Origin: Mycoplasma sp. P36-A1
Lineage (GTDB): Bacteria > Bacillota_I > Bacilli_A > JAJDGJ01
Assembly: GCF_049478495.1 (NCBI RefSeq)
Contig: NZ_CP168083.1
Coordinates: forward strand, 1,832,991-1,856,990
Length of the DNA stretch: 24,000 bases
Reading direction: 5' to 3'
The number at the start of each line of letters is the position of its first letter. The first letter of the stretch is position 1. The position numbers were made by a program, and so were the translations under genes. The notes beneath the pieces were generated by a model. The model was given only the letters and a program-made list of their open reading frames with translations, searched no databases and had not been told where the DNA came from. Below are positions 19,675 through 24,000 of this stretch, piece by piece.

Positions 19675-19703
19675 ATTATAGCACAACCATTTTATTCTAA
19701 CAA
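19675..19703 (-). promoter_or_regulatory. sigma-A-type promoter (TTGTTA - 17 - TATAAT) for csp, giving a ~115-nt 5'UTR
   Basis: On the + strand: ATTATA at 19675-19680 and TAACAA at 19698-19703. Confidence 0.65.
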
Positions 19704-19945
19704 CGTTTGAATTAACATTGTAACTTCGATTTTAAACATTTTAATAATCTTAACAATGAATAATTGAATGTTTATGTATTTTAAAGCGGTTCAAAAGTAC
19801 TTTTATACTCAATATGTAAGCCTTTTCTTATATATTTTTTTATATGTTTATTATTTGTTGACATATGAACTTTTTTGTGTAACTTCAATTTTAACTAAAT
19901 TTTAACTTTCACAGTTGTCATAATACGTTTTATATTACTATATAT

Positions 19946-19971
19946 ACAAAAAAAGCACTCAATTAAGTGCT
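19946..19971 (-). terminator. Intrinsic terminator of the mnmG-...-tagD operon
   Basis: Minus strand: AGCACT-taattg-AGTGCT followed by TTTTTTTG. Confidence 0.8.
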
Positions 19972-19978
19972 AGTTTAG

Positions 19979-20383
19979 CTATTTTTTTAAACTTTTTTCT
20001 AAATCTCTTTTAATCTTTGTAGTAGATATTCCTTCTGTTCTTGGTAAATAGATAACTTCAGTATAATCTTTTAAGAAGTCAAATTCACCTTTCCAGTCAT
20101 CACCTATTACAAACTTATCTGCTTCGTATTTAACAACGTCACTACTCTTTTGATCCCAATTTTCTTCTGGGATAACTAAATCTACATATCTAATTGAGTC
20201 TAACATCATTTTTCTTTCTTCATATGAGTGATAAGCTTTCTTACCTTTTTTTTCATTGAACTCATCTGTTGATAATGCAACTATTAAGTAGTCTCCTTCT
20301 TCCTTTGCACGTTTTAATAGACGTATATGACCCCAATGTAACAAGTCGTATGTACCATATGTTATAACTCTTGTAAATTTCAT
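19979..20383 (-). CDS. tagD: Glycerol-3-phosphate cytidylyltransferase-like nucleotidyltransferase (TagD)
   Basis: 134 aa, GTYDLLHWGHIRLLKRAK, and YLPRTEGISTTKIK signature. Confidence 0.9.
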   Translation of the reverse strand: MKFTRVITYGTYDLLHWGHIRLLKRAKEEGDYLIVALSTDEFNEKKGKKAYHSYEERKMMLDSIRYVDLVIPEENWDQKSSDVVKYEADKFVIGDDWKGEFDFLKDYTEVIYLPRTEGISTTKIKRDLEKSLKK

Positions 20384-20385
20384 CT

Positions 20386-20919
20386 TTATTTCTCCTTTAA
20401 AACTCCTTGTACATAGTAATATAATTCTTTATCATAATTTTTTGTACAGGTTATTATTGTTATAGTATTTCTTTTTTCTAATGAAAGGCTTTTATTTCTT
20501 TCAATTATTCCTGTTTCTAATACTTCAAATGCTATTTGTTTATTATTAATTTTCAAATATAAGCTATCTGATTTTACTAGTTCAGGTATTCTATTAAAAA
20601 CCAAGTTATATGTATCTGTATAATGACCATATATTGTATAACCTTTTTCTGAATATTCATATAATGATACTAGATTATTGTTATCTATTATATTTTGTGA
20701 TTTTGAATATTCTGTGTTATAAACTGGTTTTTCTAATGATATTTTAGGTATTGATAATATATTATTATTAGATTCTAAATTTACTATCTTTTTTATTTCT
20801 TTTTCATCTTCTTTTGTTTGTAGTTCTAATAATACTTTTGCTTTATTTCCATCTACTATTATCAATATACTACATAATATTAAAAGTATTGTTGTTAATA
20901 CTTTTTGAATGAGCACCAC
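20386..20919 (-). CDS. Sortase-fold protein (class B/D-like), possibly missing the catalytic Arg
   Basis: 177 aa with N-terminal TM, ...ILSIPKISLEKPVYN..., GYTIYGHYTDTYNLVFNRI (His), TITIITCTKN (Cys). Confidence 0.65.
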   Translation of the reverse strand: MVLIQKVLTTILLILCSILIIVDGNKAKVLLELQTKEDEKEIKKIVNLESNNNILSIPKISLEKPVYNTEYSKSQNIIDNNNLVSLYEYSEKGYTIYGHYTDTYNLVFNRIPELVKSDSLYLKINNKQIAFEVLETGIIERNKSLSLEKRNTITIITCTKNYDKELYYYVQGVLKEK

Positions 20920-21687
20920 CTACTTTTTCAATAATATTTCTATTTTCATTCCTTCTTCTGTTTCATAATTATCAAAAGTAACGTTAACTCCTGTTTTTTT
21001 TATCATATTAATTGATTGTTTTATGGTATTTACTTCTAATCTATAATCATTTTTTACTACAATTCTTTTTTTAAGTGGTTTCTTTATTTTAGCAATCTTT
21101 TTATCTATTAATGCTTCTGTTTGTGCTACATTAAGCTTTTTTTCAATAATTGTGTTTACTATTTCTTCCTGATCAGCTATTGAGCTAAATTTTAATAGTG
21201 CTCTTCCGTGTCTTTCATTTATATCTTTGTTTACAATATGCTCTTTAACTTTTTCACTTAGACCTAATAATCTAAGTTTATTAGCAATTGTTGACTGTGA
21301 TTTTCCTAATGAATTAGCTAATTGTGATTGTGTATAGTCATGTTCTTTTATTAATTTTTCAAATGCAATTGCTTCTTCAACCGAGCTTAAATTTTCTCTT
21401 TGAATGTTTTCTATTATAGCAATCTTAGCAGATTCTTTATCATTATAGTTTGTAACAATTGCTTGTATTTTAGGTTGTTTTAGATGCATTGTAGCTCTTA
21501 ATCTTCGTTCTCCAGCAACTAATTCATAACCATCTCTTGTTTGTCTTACAACTATAGGTTGTATTAATCCGTTCTCATTTATTGAGTCTGCTAGTTCTAT
21601 TATATGTTGTTCACTAAAATTTAGTCTTGGTTGATGTGGATTCAACATTATTGAATCAACTGTAATCTCTTTGATATCTTTCTCCAC
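20920..21687 (-). CDS. noc: ParB/Spo0J/Noc family protein
   Basis: LNPHQPR, GERRLRA, ENIQRENL, HTH YTQSQLANSLGKSQSTIANKLRLL. Placed after rsmG, which matches Noc synteny. Confidence 0.85.
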   Translation of the reverse strand: MEKDIKEITVDSIMLNPHQPRLNFSEQHIIELADSINENGLIQPIVVRQTRDGYELVAGERRLRATMHLKQPKIQAIVTNYNDKESAKIAIIENIQRENLSSVEEAIAFEKLIKEHDYTQSQLANSLGKSQSTIANKLRLLGLSEKVKEHIVNKDINERHGRALLKFSSIADQEEIVNTIIEKKLNVAQTEALIDKKIAKIKKPLKKRIVVKNDYRLEVNTIKQSINMIKKTGVNVTFDNYETEEGMKIEILLKK

Positions 21688-21700
21688 TACTTTTCCCCCC

Positions 21701-22405
21701 TCATAGCGGCTTTTTCTTTATTTGCCCAAAACTTCTTGGGTATTTTATTGGTGTTTTATTTACCTTCTTATATAATAACAAATATCTTGTACTATGTTCA
21801 CTAGATAGTTCATATTTTTTTATGTTTAGTTCTTTTCCACCAAGTATATCTATTCCTTTTTTGGCTTCTTCTGCCTCTTCTAATCCTTGTTTACCCTTTA
21901 ATGCTAAAAAATATCCATTCTTTTTAACTAATGGCAAGCATAGTTCATCTAATATATTTAATCTTGCAACGGCTCTACCAGTTGCAATGTCATATTTTTC
22001 TCTATTATTAAGTGCAAATTCTTCTGCTCTTCCTGAAATAGCTGTAACATTTTCAATTTGAAGTCTGTTAATTAATTCTTTTAAGAAAATAATCCTTTTA
22101 TTTAAACTATCTACTATTGTAATTTTAAGATTAGGGAAAATAATTTTAAGAGGAATACTTGGAAATCCGGCACCTGCTCCTATGTCTACAATACTCTGAT
22201 CTGAAAAATCTATCATAGTTGAAGCTAACAAGCAATCATAAAAATGTTTTTCATAAACTTCATCTTCCTTAGTTATTGCAGTTAAATTCATTTTCTCATT
22301 CCATTCAACTAATGTCTTATAATAAATATCAAACTTATTTAATTGTTCTTCGCTAATATTAATATTAATTTCTAATAAAGCCTTAGTAAATTGTTGTTTA
22401 GTCAT
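21701..22405 (-). CDS. rsmG: 16S rRNA (guanine-N7) methyltransferase RsmG (GidB)
   Basis: 234 aa, VDIGAGAGFPSIPLKIIFP, GRAVARLNILDELCLP, PYPRS-like C-terminus (IKYPRSFGQIKKKPL). Confidence 0.97.
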   Translation of the reverse strand: MTKQQFTKALLEININISEEQLNKFDIYYKTLVEWNEKMNLTAITKEDEVYEKHFYDCLLASTMIDFSDQSIVDIGAGAGFPSIPLKIIFPNLKITIVDSLNKRIIFLKELINRLQIENVTAISGRAEEFALNNREKYDIATGRAVARLNILDELCLPLVKKNGYFLALKGKQGLEEAEEAKKGIDILGGKELNIKKYELSSEHSTRYLLLYKKVNKTPIKYPRSFGQIKKKPL

Positions 22406-24000
22406 TTAAACCTCCTGTTTTGATATACAGAAGTAAATTTTGTATATCACTTGGATTAATACCTGAAATTCGTGATGCTTGACCTATAGATTGAGGTCTA
22501 ATATTAGATAGTTTTTGTCTAGCCTCTAGTGCTAAATTAGAAACCATTTCATAATTTATTTTAGAAGGTATTATTTTATCTTCTAGTTCACGATATTTTT
22601 TTGCTTGATTAACAGCTTTTTTAATGTAACCTTCATACTTAACATCTACTTCTACTGCTTTGATTGCTTTATCATCAAATACAATGCTTTGATTAATGTT
22701 TTCTAGTAAGAATTTCACTGTTATTTCTGGTCTTTTTAACAATTCAAGAGCGCTTACGCCTTCGTATAGTGGACTTGAATCAATCTCTTTAAACCTTTTG
22801 TTTATTTCACTCTTTGGTGTAAATCTGCTTGTATTAAGTAAATTTTTTAACTGTTGTGTTTGTTCATCTATATTCAATAATGCATTATATCTTTCTTGTG
22901 ATACTAATCCAGCTTCATATCCTTTAATAGTTAAACGTTGTGAAGCATTATCTGTTCTTAATAATAAACGATATTCAGCTCTACTTGTTAATAATCTGTA
23001 TGGTTCAGCAGTACCTTTAGTTACAAGATCATCAATCATAACACCTATATAGGCTTCATCTCTTTTCAAGATAAGGGGCTCTTTTTGCATTAATGATAAT
23101 CCTGCATTAATACCAGCCATAATTCCTTGTCCTGCTGCTTCTTCATATCCACTTGTACCATTGATTTGACCAGCAAAATATAATCCATTTACTAATTTAG
23201 ACTCTAAACTTGCATAGAGTTGGGTAGAATCTATAGCATCATATTCTATAGCATAACCATATTTTAATATTTTAGCGTTCTCAAGACCTGCAATACTGTG
23301 AATCATTTTTTCTTGAACATCTCTAGGCATAGAAGTAGAAAATCCCTGTACATAGATTGAGTTCATCTCTCTTGATTCTGGTTCTAAAAATAATTGATGT
23401 CGATCTTTATCACTAAATCTAACTAACTTATCTTCAATAGATGGACAATATCTTGGTCCAATTCCTGTGACTACTCCTGAATACATACTTGATCTACTTA
23501 AATTATCATTGATAATTTTATGAGTTTCTAAATTTGTATAAGTAAGATAACAAGGTACCTGTAAGTCGTATGGAACATATTCTTTTGTCATGTCTGAAAA
23601 AGCGAGTTTTTCATTTGTACCGTACTCTACACTTGTTTTTGAAAAATCTACAGTATCAAGAGCGACTCTTGCAGGTGTTCCTGTTTTAAGTCGTTGTAAT
23701 TTAAAACCTAATTCTTTTAAACGAGCAGATAGTCCAATTACACTATCATATTCATCTGGTCCTTTACTAGTAACTTCATCACTTATAAGTTGACAACTCT
23801 CTAAATATGTACCAGATGTTATAATAACTTTTTCCGCATGAATTTCTTTTCCATTTTTAGTTATTACCCCGGTAATATTCTTTTTATTATCCACTATTAA
23901 ACTTATAACACTATCTTCTAGAACTTCTAAATTACTTTGGTTCAATACAACATCTTTCATAAATGCTGGATATTTAATTTTATCAACCTGTGCTCTAAGT
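22398..24000 (-). CDS. mnmG: tRNA uridine 5-carboxymethylaminomethyl modification enzyme MnmG (GidA), 5' end truncated by window edge
   Basis: GPRYCPSIEDKLVRF, HQLFLEPES, YVQGFSTSMP, GLYFAGQINGTSGYEEAAGQG. The frame stays open beyond the track's Met at 23960 (LRAQVDKIKYPAFM...). Confidence 0.97.
   Translation of the reverse strand, partial: LRAQVDKIKYPAFMKDVVLNQSNLEVLEDSVISLIVDNKKNITGVITKNGKEIHAEKVIITSGTYLESCQLISDEVTSKGPDEYDSVIGLSARLKELGFKLQRLKTGTPARVALDTVDFSKTSVEYGTNEKLAFSDMTKEYVPYDLQVPCYLTYTNLETHKIINDNLSRSSMYSGVVTGIGPRYCPSIEDKLVRFSDKDRHQLFLEPESREMNSIYVQGFSTSMPRDVQEKMIHSIAGLENAKILKYGYAIEYDAIDSTQLYASLESKLVNGLYFAGQINGTSGYEEAAGQGIMAGINAGLSLMQKEPLILKRDEAYIGVMIDDLVTKGTAEPYRLLTSRAEYRLLLRTDNASQRLTIKGYEAGLVSQERYNALLNIDEQTQQLKNLLNTSRFTPKSEINKRFKEIDSSPLYEGVSALELLKRPEITVKFLLENINQSIVFDDKAIKAVEVDVKYEGYIKKAVNQAKKYRELEDKIIPSKINYEMVSNLALEARQKLSNIRPQSIGQASRISGINPSDIQNLLLYIKTGGLND

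Noticed and set aside
22398-24000. Search for parS/Noc-binding-like palindromes (TGTTTCACGTGAAACA, ATTTCCCGGGAAAT) near noc and across the window
   Set aside because: None spotted by eye; no claim of a nearby partition site is justified.

Overview
This 24 kb window is a very AT-rich, mostly housekeeping chromosomal segment, probably from a low-GC Bacillota-like genome. Most genes are on the minus strand. From left to right it contains: a LytTR response regulator (truncated at the window edge) with a LytS-type kinase; a plus-strand DsbA-like thioredoxin-fold protein; an unannotated 32-aa membrane micro-ORF with its own promoter, RBS and terminator; the operon LicA-like kinase-divIC-tilS-hpt-ftsH; a complete ISL3-family element; a long operon tsaC-rpiB-upp-atpZ-atpI-atpB-atpE(x4)-atpF-atpH-atpA-atpG-atpD-atpC; a cold-shock protein gene with a long leader; and mnmG(partial)-rsmG-parB/noc-sortase-like-tagD. 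The most notable observations are: (1) four tandem atpE copies with a 255-bp period, encoding identical 78-aa c subunits that carry the Na+-binding residue signature; (2) an ISL3 element (25-bp imperfect IRs, 8-bp TSD AAAAAAAT) inserted in the T-tract of the atp operon terminator; (3) the stand-alone 32-aa membrane peptide unit downstream of ftsH; (4) a sortase-like protein between noc and tagD that appears to lack the catalytic Arg. I see no convincing novel multi-gene defence or mobile system.
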